Part shown: positions 1 through 8,401 of the stretch, one piece after another | Layout of the letters: every line of letters starts with the position of its first letter | How positions within the stretch are numbered: position 1 is the stretch's first letter | NCBI GenBank assembly: GCA_038046765.1 | Contig: JBBSVN010000004.1 | Coordinates: 130,844-194,843 of the forward strand | DNA: 64,000 nt | Direction: 5' to 3' | From: Candidatus Micrarchaeota archaeon | Lineage (GTDB): Archaea > Micrarchaeota > Micrarchaeia > Anstonellales > Bilamarchaeaceae | Made by a program: the position numbers and the translations under genes | Notes under the pieces: model-generated | Seen by the model: the letters and a program-made list of their open reading frames with translations, nothing else | Told to the model about the DNA's origin: nothing | Databases searched by the model: none

Positions 1-1
1 A

Positions 2-88
2 TTTGCCAGGAAATTTGACGAAAAAGGAGAATATACGTACTTTTCAATCAATTATCCTTTAATGCAAGGAAAAATCGTAGTGGAATAA
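2..88 (+). CDS. 3' end of a cupredoxin/plastocyanin-like protein (truncated by window start)
   Basis: Frame reads FARKFDEKGEYTYFSINYPLMQGKIVVE*, matching the cupredoxin C-terminal pattern G-x-Y-x-Y-x-C-x-x-H-P-x-M-x-G-x-I-x-V but with Cys and His replaced. Confidence 0.55.
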   Translation, partial: FARKFDEKGEYTYFSINYPLMQGKIVVE

Positions 89-205
89 CCAAATATTTAT
101 AAATTAACGCAAGGAGATCTAAGCGAAACAAAAGAACGTTTAAAAACATTAAACTACATAGTGGTACTACAAATTAATACGTACAATTTTTACTTAGGTG
201 ATGGA

Positions 206-463
206 ATGGTCAAGTATTTAATAGCAAGACAACTTTCGGGTAAGAAAATTATTACCAACGAAGGAGAAGACTTTGGAAGACTGGTTGATTTGAACATAAA
301 TGAACTAACAGGAAAAATAGAGAACTTAATAGTAGAACCAAACCCAGATTCAGTTCTAGCTTCGAAAATGAGAAAAGACGACAGCATGGTAATGGTTCAA
401 TACGAAAGCGTACTAGCAATTGGCGATTATATTATTGTCGAAAAGAGAAACATGACATATTAA
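206..463 (+). CDS. PRC-barrel domain protein
   Basis: LSGKKIITNEGEDFGRLVDL...GKIENLIVEP...VLAIGDYIIV; GGTGA SD 4 nt before ATG at 206. Confidence 0.85.
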   Translation: MVKYLIARQLSGKKIITNEGEDFGRLVDLNINELTGKIENLIVEPNPDSVLASKMRKDDSMVMVQYESVLAIGDYIIVEKRNMTY

Positions 464-606
464 TAATAAATTTTTAATTTTTTTATTTTATATTTTTATT
501 TTATTCTTTTTATATTTTTATAGTTTTAATTTTATATCTCTTGTTTTAATCGTTTTTCTAGATTTTATTAACGCTATGGCAACTTTTTATTCTTATTCTA
601 AACGAA

Positions 607-975
607 CTACAATACTTGAACTGAAATTTCCTGTTGTATTCCTTCCCTTAACACCCACTCGCGTTTAAAGTTACTATTTTCCGTTTGTTTTTCTTTTACT
701 CTGCTAGAAATTTTATTTCTAAAATAAGATAGCAGGTTAGCTTCGAGAAGAATTTTTTCGGTCTTTTTTAAGACTTTTTTATTTTTTGTCGACCTTTTCC
801 TCTTTAATTTAGAATAGATGTTACAAAGCTCCGCGATTGTACTTAATTTATCTTTTCTAATTAGTGTAATCTCTGGAAATTCCGATTTATCTAGTTCTAA
901 ATATGTGTTTGTTAATTCTTCTAAGGTCTGTGAAGGAAAATTTATTGATTTAAGCTTCTTAGAATCTAAATTCAT
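607..975 (-). CDS. hypothetical protein
   Basis: 122-aa Lys-rich ORF, no motif recognised. Confidence 0.5.
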   Translation of the reverse strand: MNLDSKKLKSINFPSQTLEELTNTYLELDKSEFPEITLIRKDKLSTIAELCNIYSKLKRKRSTKNKKVLKKTEKILLEANLLSYFRNKISSRVKEKQTENSNFKREWVLREGIQQEISVQVL

Positions 976-1060
976 AGTAATAGTTAACCAGCATTTTTAT
1001 TTAAATTCGCGTTTATTACAAATCCGCTAGGGATATATGCTTTATTGGATATATATTTAT

Positions 1061-2095
1061 ATGAAAAAACCTGAGTTATTTGAAAACTCTATTGCAGAAC
1101 TTGCAGGTTTGTGGATAGCTGAAGGGGATGATAAAACTAAGTGGGAAATAACAATTACAAACAATTCACTTGAACTAATAAAATTTTCATACAATGTCTT
1201 AAAGAGACTTTTCAGACCAAAAAATTTTAGAATTTACATTTATTTACCTGAAAAAAGTTGGGTAATAAAAGAACGCTTACCTAAAGCCATTTTAAAATAT
1301 TATATGGATCAAAGAGCAAACAAACCGTATTTTATACTTAGATTCGCAAACGTAATTAAAGTCAAAGAATGGAAACAAATGGTTCAGAAAATATGCTCGA
1401 ATGAAAGATATTACTCAGATATTTTAAGAGGATTCTTTGCAGGGGAAGGAAACATAAAAACAGGAACCCATTCTGATAGAACATTAAGAATGGCTCAGAA
1501 GGAGCCTATACCAGTAATAAACAAAATTTTAGAACATTTCCAAATCGAATGGAAATTTAGTAATAGAGAGCGTAGTTATGTAATAGTTGGAAGAAACAAC
1601 TGGAAAAAACTTGCGGATATCAGAATAGCAGATATGCATCCAATTAAAAAGCAAAAATTTTGGGAAGTTTACGATGGATATAAACAATGGCATTATAAGA
1701 AACACTACATACGAGATAACATTGAAACTTTATTGATTACACCTCTAACATCTAGTGAGCTTGCGATAAAGTTTAATCGAGATCATTCTAGGTTAACAGA
1801 AATATTATGTGAATTAAAGAAGAAGAATAAGGTGCAAATGTTTAAAGTTAGAAGCAAAATCTATTGGTTAAGCATTAACTCTAAGATAATTCCAATTTCA
1901 AAAAGAAAAAGATCGATTCTAGATACTATTAATGTAAAACCAAAAAGAACTTATGAAATAGCACATGAGTTAGGAATAGATCAAAAAGGTGCTTTAAGAA
2001 GATTAAGAGAACTAGAAAAATTACAATTAGTATATCGTGAAGATTACTTTTGGAGCAAGCTTCCGATTCAAAAAGAGGTGTTAGTGTATGAGTAA
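1061..2095 (+). CDS. free-standing double-motif LAGLIDADG endonuclease-like protein with two C-terminal winged-HTH domains
   Basis: Motifs LAGLWIAEGD and LRGFFAGEGN about 110 aa apart; wHTH-like PLTSSELAIKF...ILCELKKKNKV and RTYEIAHELGI...RLRELEKLQLV; no intein Cys/His-Asn ends; stop overlaps the rnhB start. Confidence 0.8.
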   Translation: MKKPELFENSIAELAGLWIAEGDDKTKWEITITNNSLELIKFSYNVLKRLFRPKNFRIYIYLPEKSWVIKERLPKAILKYYMDQRANKPYFILRFANVIKVKEWKQMVQKICSNERYYSDILRGFFAGEGNIKTGTHSDRTLRMAQKEPIPVINKILEHFQIEWKFSNRERSYVIVGRNNWKKLADIRIADMHPIKKQKFWEVYDGYKQWHYKKHYIRDNIETLLITPLTSSELAIKFNRDHSRLTEILCELKKKNKVQMFKVRSKIYWLSINSKIIPISKRKRSILDTINVKPKRTYEIAHELGIDQKGALRRLRELEKLQLVYREDYFWSKLPIQKEVLVYE

Positions 2096-2763
2096 CTATC
2101 TTGTAGGTATTGATGAGACTGGCAGAGAAATTTAGTTTCTTGTATAAGAACTAGAGAACTGTAAGTAGCCTCATTGGTCCATTAGTGATTTGCATGGCAA
2201 CATGTAATCGAGCATATGAAAAGAAATTAGATATGTTGGGGAAAAAAGACTCCAAACAACTATCAGCAAAACAACGCGAGGAAATACTAAAAGAACTGGA
2301 AAAAATTTGCAGTTTCAAATGGATCGCAGTTTCAGCAGTAGACTTAAACAAATTAATGGACACAAAATCATTAAACGAAATTGAAGCAACAGTAATGGCG
2401 TCATTAATCAAACAGGTAAAAGAAGGAGATATAATGATAGATTTACCTGATCGTTATTCGTACACGTTTAAAAGAAGAATGGACAAACTAGGAGTAAAGA
2501 AATTTGAAGCAGAACACAAGGCAGACGAAAATTATCCAATAGTAGCAGCTGCTTCAATTTGTGCAAAGGTTACAAGAGATAAAATGGTTGCTGAGATTAG
2601 GGAAATTATAGGGGACTTTGGAAGCGGATATCCAAGCGACCCTAAAACGATAAAAATGTTAAAAGAAAAGGGATGGATAGAGAAAGCAAAACTATACATA
2701 AGAAGTAAATGGAAAACTTTGGAAAATTTTAAACAAAAAAAGTTGTTTGAAGAAGGAACTTAA
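2088..2763 (+). CDS. rnhB: ribonuclease HII, two exons (2088-2127 and 2165-2763), 212 aa after splicing
   Basis: Joined exons read MSNYLVGIDETGRGSLIGPLVIC...KDSKQLS...HKADENYPIVAAASICAKVTRD...GSGYPSDP; SD GAGGTG at 2075-2080. Confidence 0.92.
2128..2164 (+). other. 37-nt bulge-helix-bulge-type intron in rnhB mRNA
   Basis: Central helix GCAG(2122-2125)/CUGU(2159-2162), bulges AG^A and AA^G, exon-exon helix GAUGAGACUG/UAGCCUCAUU, internal hairpin; removal restores frame and the GRG motif. Confidence 0.85.
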
Positions 2764-2804
2764 TGATACAAAAACTTTTAAAGAAGAAACGAAGTGAGTA
2801 AGCT

Positions 2805-3098
2805 ATGAAAGATATAAAGGAGATAGAAAAGGAATTAACAAAACACAAACATGAGTTATTTGCAAAATTCAAAATAAAAAAGCTAGGATTGTTTGGTTCT
2901 TACGTAACAGGAGAACAAAAGAAGAATAGCGACTTAGATATATTAGTCGAATTTACTGAAACACCCGGAATGTTTAAATATTTGAATTTAGAAGAATCAC
3001 TCGAAAATATTATAGGAATAAACGTAGACTTAGTGATGAAAACGTCACTTAAGCAACACATTGAAAAACAAATTTTAAGCGAGGTTGTTTACCTTTAG
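2805..3098 (+). CDS. minimal nucleotidyltransferase (MNT/MntA family)
   Basis: LFGSYVTGEQKKNSDLDILV = GS-x10-DxD; 97 aa. Confidence 0.9.
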   Translation: MKDIKEIEKELTKHKHELFAKFKIKKLGLFGSYVTGEQKKNSDLDILVEFTETPGMFKYLNLEESLENIIGINVDLVMKTSLKQHIEKQILSEVVYL

Positions 3099-3106
3099 TG
3101 AACCCC

Positions 3107-3388
3107 ATGGCAATAGTAAAAATAAAAAACGAAAACGTTGAATTTGAAGTTCCTGACGGGGATTTGATCATCGAGTACTTGTGGAACAATAGTTCATTTC
3201 CCGCAGGATGCATTGATGGCAGCACAACGATTTGTGCGTGCGTAGTTTTACAAGGAATAGAGAATATAAACCCGAGAACACATGCGGAAATAGTTACATT
3301 TACTAAAGCGAATATGCCTAACTCGGCACGTAATCGTTTAGCTTGTCAGATAAGGATATTTAAGGGAACACTTGTTATTGAATACTAA
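3107..3388 (+). CDS. 2Fe-2S ferredoxin-like protein (atypical Cys pattern)
   Basis: FPAGCIDGSTTICACVVLQG...RLACQ. Confidence 0.75.
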   Translation: MAIVKIKNENVEFEVPDGDLIIEYLWNNSSFPAGCIDGSTTICACVVLQGIENINPRTHAEIVTFTKANMPNSARNRLACQIRIFKGTLVIEY

Positions 3389-3429
3389 TCCTAAACAACT
3401 AATTCTAAAATGAAAAACAAAGAAAAGAA

Positions 3430-4185
3430 TTAGAAACCACTAGATGAATAGACATCTTGAACTTGTTCTGGTGGTTTAGGTAACGTGGCATTTAGAACGG
3501 GTTGTTCTTCTAAAATACGCTTGATCTGAGCTTGAACATCTCTTAGAAGATCTCTTACGTTTTTTAATGTAATTGGAGTCATAGATGTCCCCCCACAATC
3601 ATTATGACTTGTAGTAAGGCTTAGACTAACCAGCTCCTTCGCAAGCTTAGGTCGAATTTTAATACCTGCAAGTTCAGATCGATTAGTTAGTAAAGCTAAA
3701 TCAACTTCAGCTTTAAGCTGCTTTAAATTCAGTTTATCCATATCTGCAATGGTATCTCGAATATTTAGTACTTTAAAAAGTAGCAAATTCAAATTTTGTA
3801 ATTGTTGCAGGTATTTCCTGCAATCATATAATGCTTCTAAGCCATTCATCTTTCCTGATTCGTATACGTCAGCCGGAACTAATGAATAACGCTCAATAGT
3901 TAAATTTCTTGCAACTCCACAAACTGATGGTTGTCCAAGTAGTGCATTTGTACGATTTAGTAACTTATTTACATCTTCTTTTGCTTTAACTGAATCGAAA
4001 TTTTTATTAGATATAGATTCACTTAAAGACCCGATTCTAGCAACTAAACCAAGTATCGCTCTTTCAGTTTGTCTTTCCATTTTTTCAATTTTGGTTAGTA
4101 ATACTTTTTCTGCTTGGCCAACTCTGGCAGAACTACTAGCAATTGTTGCTTTTTGCGTTGCATTTAATAACATCAATATCACCAT
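3430..4185 (-). CDS. hypothetical helical protein
   Basis: 251-aa ORF; a GGTGA SD suggests a start near 4173. Confidence 0.6.
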   Translation of the reverse strand: MVILMLLNATQKATIASSSARVGQAEKVLLTKIEKMERQTERAILGLVARIGSLSESISNKNFDSVKAKEDVNKLLNRTNALLGQPSVCGVARNLTIERYSLVPADVYESGKMNGLEALYDCRKYLQQLQNLNLLLFKVLNIRDTIADMDKLNLKQLKAEVDLALLTNRSELAGIKIRPKLAKELVSLSLTTSHNDCGGTSMTPITLKNVRDLLRDVQAQIKRILEEQPVLNATLPKPPEQVQDVYSSSGF

Positions 4186-4508
4186 TTTTGAGTTTTTTTA
4201 ATTTTTTATACGGCGATTTGACAAGAAATAAATAGTTATGAAAATTTTAGTCCAGATATAAATTATAAAGTAAGTGGGCTAGAGCCCAAAATAAAAGAAG
4301 CAGTATTTTGCATAATTAGATACATTGCTTAAGCTAACGATCTTGGCATTTGCATTTCCTGCAATTTTGCTAGTTTCGCGATTGTTCATTTTGTATCACA
4401 TTTAATGTATAATATTATTGTGCACGCAAGTATTTAAAAAGGTTCTGACAATGTTATTATTAGTATATTTTTAAGTAAAATATGTGTTCTTTAAACAATG
4501 TGATTTTT

Positions 4509-4982
4509 ATGCAATTTTACAAACCAAGTTGGAAGAAGATAACTGAATTATGCAGTGATGTTGCAGATAGAGTAGTTGAATCGAATTTTTCACCAGATTT
4601 GTTAATTGGAATTTCTCGAGGAGGATTAGTTCCTGTTCGACTACTTAGCGATTATTTAGGCGTAAAAAATGTTGCAATAATTCGAATAGAATTTTATACG
4701 AAAGTTGGCGAGACAAAAACGAACCCCGAGATTACGCAACCGTTAAGCGTAGATGTTTCTGGTAAGAAGGTTTTAATTGTTGATGACATTGCTGATAGCG
4801 GGAATAGTTTACTAACTGCCAAAAATTATCTAAAAGAAAAGGGCGCAAGCGAAATTAAAACTGCAACATTGCATTATAAGTCTAGTTCTTTGATTAAACC
4901 AGATTATTACTCAGAAGGGACTACTGCATGGGTAGTTTATCCTTGGGAAAAAGAGGAAACGGAACGGGAAATAAGGGAGTGA
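4509..4982 (+). CDS. type I phosphoribosyltransferase (purine PRT-like)
   Basis: IGISRGGL and PRPP-binding VLIVDDIADSGNSL; WVVYPWE. Confidence 0.9.
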   Translation: MQFYKPSWKKITELCSDVADRVVESNFSPDLLIGISRGGLVPVRLLSDYLGVKNVAIIRIEFYTKVGETKTNPEITQPLSVDVSGKKVLIVDDIADSGNSLLTAKNYLKEKGASEIKTATLHYKSSSLIKPDYYSEGTTAWVVYPWEKEETEREIRE

Positions 4983-5018
4983 CAACGTTATTTAATCACG
5001 TTTATACATTTACTTTTT

Positions 5019-5798
5019 ATGGATTTAAGATTAAAGCGCGCGATGGTAGAAGTTGCGCAGGCTGCTGGAAAGAATGCAAAAAATACTACTTTTAGGAAAG
5101 CGGAATTTAAAGGAAAAAAAGACGTAGTTACGGTAGTCGATCGCGAGAATGAAGAATTAATTGTTAGATCCTTAAAAGCAGTTGAACCTAAAATAAGCAT
5201 CTGGGCAGAAGAAAGCGGAAAACAAATAATTGACTTAGCTAAACTTGCAGTAATAGACCCACTAGACGCTACAAGAAATTTTCTTGGGGATTTACCATAT
5301 AGCGTAATGATCGCTTATTATGAGGAAAAAATCGCTAAATTTGCAGTTATTTACGCACCACAAACAGATGAAACATTTACAGCTGAACTTGGGAAAGGGG
5401 CTTTTGTTAATGGAGAAAGAATTTATACAAGCACAAAAATTTCTTTAGGCGATGCGTTAATTTCAGTAAATCGGAGCAACTATCCTAGATCATTAAAACC
5501 CTTGGGACTAAAATTATTAGATCTTTTAATGGACTATGCACAAAGCTGGAGGAATTTTGGAACTGCTGGAATAGAATACTCTCTTGTAGCACGCGGGAAT
5601 CTTGATGGAGTTATTACACCCATGGCAGAAGCAGTGCATGCTGCTGGATATTTGATAATGCAAGAAGCTGGCGTAAAAGTAACGGATTTTGATGGAAGCG
5701 TTATAAATTTAGACTCAAAGATGGTCGTAGTTGCAAACGAGAACATTCATTCTCAATTATTGGAGTTAGTTCAGGATGCACGAAAATTTGCATTATAA
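5019..5798 (+). CDS. inositol monophosphatase family protein
   Basis: DVVTVVD, AEES and VIDPLDATRNF motifs; the WDxAAG motif is altered to AVHAAG. Confidence 0.85.
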   Translation: MDLRLKRAMVEVAQAAGKNAKNTTFRKAEFKGKKDVVTVVDRENEELIVRSLKAVEPKISIWAEESGKQIIDLAKLAVIDPLDATRNFLGDLPYSVMIAYYEEKIAKFAVIYAPQTDETFTAELGKGAFVNGERIYTSTKISLGDALISVNRSNYPRSLKPLGLKLLDLLMDYAQSWRNFGTAGIEYSLVARGNLDGVITPMAEAVHAAGYLIMQEAGVKVTDFDGSVINLDSKMVVVANENIHSQLLELVQDARKFAL

Positions 5799-5934
5799 TA
5801 CCTAGTGAAATATATTACAAACGTATTTCTCTAGGAGAATTCACTGAATTTAAACGATTACTTCGTTAATAATTTATCATAAGTTTCGCGCTTTATGCGC
5901 GCCACTTAGTAAAAATAGAAAGTTCGAAGCAATA

Positions 5935-6231
5935 TTAAAGAGATGCAAGCTTGCTCTGCAGAGTGTATAATCTTTTTACGTACTCTTCATAAACTGATTT
6001 TCGATTTTCCAGAATTAAAAACCAGAGATTAACTTTATCAAAGTAATATACTAAACGCATACCCTCTATTATTATTGAATAACAATTATTTTTGCCTTTT
6101 AAGTGTTTAAATTGGTCTGGGCTTTGTTTAATAATTTCCAGTTTTTTATTTACGATATCCAACTGATTAGAGTTGAGGGTCTCCAAATCCCTAAAAAATT
6201 TAGGGTGGTACTGGATTTGAAAATCAGACAT
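5935..6231 (-). CDS. RelE/ParE-like toxin
   Basis: FQIQYHPKFFRDL...PDQFKHLKG...MRLVY...RKSVY; overlaps the stop of the upstream small gene. Confidence 0.75.
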   Translation of the reverse strand: MSDFQIQYHPKFFRDLETLNSNQLDIVNKKLEIIKQSPDQFKHLKGKNNCYSIIIEGMRLVYYFDKVNLWFLILENRKSVYEEYVKRLYTLQSKLASL

Positions 6232-6442
6232 TTTTTACGCCTTTAGCCTTCATGAATTTTTTATAGTCGTTTTCATTCAACATTTGAACCTGACTGGTTT
6301 TAGCTTCAGATAGCCTTTTTTCTGATTCAATAGTTAAAGCAGTGTCAAGAATTTTTTCATAATCAACTAAAAGTTTTTCAAAATCAAAAATAAAATTTTC
6401 AAAGACTTGCTTTTGAACAGTTATTGTTTCCATTTTCATCAC
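6224..6442 (-). CDS. putative antitoxin
   Basis: 72-aa ORF directly upstream of, and overlapping, the RelE-like gene. Confidence 0.65.
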   Translation of the reverse strand: MMKMETITVQKQVFENFIFDFEKLLVDYEKILDTALTIESEKRLSEAKTSQVQMLNENDYKKFMKAKGVKNV

Positions 6443-6478
6443 ATAAGTATTATTCTTTAAGAATATTTAATAGTTTGT

Positions 6479-8281
6479 TTACTTCATTAACAATTTCTCG
6501 TAAGTTTGACGAGTTACACACGCCACCCCGTAACCGACGCCGTGCCCCCTGTTGGCACCGACATCCTGCCCGACGAAGTCGTTCCCGTAGAAGTAACGGA
6601 CCAAAAGACCGGAATATTTTTCAATTCTCCATAAACGTCTTGCGTCTTGATCATATTCATTTGTAGATTTACCAGAAGGAATACCAAATTCATCTTGCTT
6701 ATACCAACCATTTTTTGTGTGTAATTTTATTTCCTTAGTTTTTCCATCCTGTGTTATTACGCATTTTTCTCCATCAAGGTCTACCAATGTTCCAGTCCTG
6801 CAGGGAAATAATCCTAACTTCTGGTATTTCTCCCTTAATTTTGGATTTTGTAAAATCGTATCAATAACTGTGTTTGGTAAGATAACTAAACCTTGTTTTT
6901 CTAATGCAAGAGTTTGTTCTAAGTTTAGGTTTTTATGGACTTGGATTTCTTTACTTGTAAGGTCAAGTTTTGACCAGTCGGCAACTCCAACAGGAGTTGA
7001 CGAACCAAGAACTCCTTGCCAATGATGGGGGTCTAGCATTCCTTTGAATTTACCATTCTCACCATCTTGGAGGAATTTTCTTTCTTCTTGAAGTTGTTTG
7101 AGTTTTGTCTTGTATCTTCTCCTAAAAAGGTTCAAACTAGTTAGAATAACAGAAACAATAAACAGCGTAGTTAATTCTATAGTCGTTATAGGGAGATTTT
7201 TGGCAACTGATACAATAAAAATTATGACAGAATTTAAACTTACATATCCTAAAAGCAAAGGTGCAAAACCAGTTTTTCTAATCCATATTTCTAAATCTTT
7301 AATCTCCTTATCAAGTTTTTCAATTCGTGCCAAAGCAGTTTCCTGTTCTTTTTGAACTGGTTCTAAAGCAACATTTTCATTTACCAAAATGGCTAAAACT
7401 TCTCTTACTTGTGCAGCATTTTGATACCTATTTTTAGGATCAACTTCTAGGCATTTACCAATAATTTTTTCAAACCCCCTAACGGATGCAGGAGCATTAC
7501 CAGAATCAATTGCCTCTTTTAAATCTTCTTTATCCATGCCAGCTAAGAATATTCCAAGTAGTGCGCCAAATGAATAAAGGTCAGCAGATGCTGATACTCT
7601 TTTTGAACCACTAGCTACTTCAGGAGGAGTGCATTCATAATTATTAACTGCCCAAATAGTTGTCCCAGTACTGTTTCTAACCTGAACAAAAGCAAAATCA
7701 ATTAGATAAAGCTTGCCATCTGGAGTTACAATTAAATTTTCTGGTTTGACATCCTTATGAACTATTGGGGGATTTTTACTATGCAAATATTCTAAAATAT
7801 CAAGTAGCTGATTAGCTAAAGAAAGCACCTGATTTTTATCTAAATGAACATTTTCATCTATTAAATGTTTTAATGTTTTACCTTCAACAAAGTCCATCAC
7901 AATATATTGTTCCTGTTCAGTTTGATTTCGATAAGAATCGATTAATTTTGGAATGCCTACGTGATCTGCTTGAGACAAGATATTTATTTCACGCTCGGCT
8001 AGAGCAAAAATTCGATGGTCTTTTACAACGCTTAAACTCATGTCTTTTACTACAACTAATTTTTGATGTGTAATAGAATAAGCAAGATAAACTTCTGCAT
8101 TAACTGATTGTGTTGGGGAATCTTCTTTTTTATCCCTTGAAAGTAGTTTAAGTAAAGAATATTTATTCCCATTAATTATTTTTGTACCAAGAATATGCTC
8201 TGGAACTGGAAGAGGTAGAACTATTTTTGCCTGATCAATAGCAACTAAAGACCTAGTAATAGCTAATCTTGGTTCTGCCAT
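6479..8281 (-). CDS. Hanks-type Ser/Thr kinase with two TM helices and a C-terminal putative DGR target (C-type lectin-like) domain
   Basis: VVVKD, EREINIL, VHKDVKPENL, IDFA, PPE, DLYSFG; two hydrophobic segments; C-terminal domain paralogous to 62442-63083. Confidence 0.88.
   Translation of the reverse strand: MAEPRLAITRSLVAIDQAKIVLPLPVPEHILGTKIINGNKYSLLKLLSRDKKEDSPTQSVNAEVYLAYSITHQKLVVVKDMSLSVVKDHRIFALAEREINILSQADHVGIPKLIDSYRNQTEQEQYIVMDFVEGKTLKHLIDENVHLDKNQVLSLANQLLDILEYLHSKNPPIVHKDVKPENLIVTPDGKLYLIDFAFVQVRNSTGTTIWAVNNYECTPPEVASGSKRVSASADLYSFGALLGIFLAGMDKEDLKEAIDSGNAPASVRGFEKIIGKCLEVDPKNRYQNAAQVREVLAILVNENVALEPVQKEQETALARIEKLDKEIKDLEIWIRKTGFAPLLLGYVSLNSVIIFIVSVAKNLPITTIELTTLFIVSVILTSLNLFRRRYKTKLKQLQEERKFLQDGENGKFKGMLDPHHWQGVLGSSTPVGVADWSKLDLTSKEIQVHKNLNLEQTLALEKQGLVILPNTVIDTILQNPKLREKYQKLGLFPCRTGTLVDLDGEKCVITQDGKTKEIKLHTKNGWYKQDEFGIPSGKSTNEYDQDARRLWRIEKYSGLLVRYFYGNDFVGQDVGANRGHGVGYGVACVTRQTYEKLLMK
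6519..6613 (-). other. putative DGR variable region 1
   Basis: 52 of 80 nt are G/C in 6521-6600; 15 of 27 codons end in C and none in A; ends in GGGGTGGCGTG, shared with region 2. Confidence 0.7.
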
Positions 8282-8289
8282 ATTCTAAT

Positions 8290-8322
8290 ATGTGTCAAAA
8301 AGTGTTTAAAAGGCTATGCTTT
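8290..8322 (-). promoter_or_regulatory. BRE/TATA promoter shared with 63091-63123
   Basis: 32/33 identical to 63091-63123; contains TTTTAAA about 25 nt upstream of the ATG (leaderless-type spacing). Confidence 0.75.
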
Positions 8323-8348
8323 TCTGGTAATGCTTGATAAAAGAATAC

Positions 8349-8401
8349 ATCGGCAGAACATCGGCACTACTTAATTATGCCGCTATCTTGCCGATGTTTT
8401 T
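8349..8401. repeat. 53-bp palindromic direct repeat, copy downstream of AlbA_2 gene 1
   Basis: atcggcagaacatcggcac...tgccgctatcttgccgatgttttt; 49/53 identical to 9746-9798. Confidence 0.92.

Noticed and set aside
464..560. Long T-rich low-complexity tract
   Set aside because: Ordinary terminator-like intergenic sequence between convergent genes
1037..2095. LAGLIDADG ORF as an intein or an intron-encoded ORF
   Set aside because: No N-terminal Cys/Ser block, no His-Asn end, no flanking extein and no upstream exon seen
2185..2763. rnhB as a 192-aa N-truncated gene or pseudogene, as in the ORF track
   Set aside because: The missing catalytic N-terminus is present upstream with its own SD, and the interruption has splice-motif geometry
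4279..4389. 36-aa minus-strand ORF (MNNRETSKIAG...) with a hairpin at its TAG, as a leader peptide or readthrough case
   Set aside because: Too short, no homology evidence; open frames are common by chance in such AT-rich DNA
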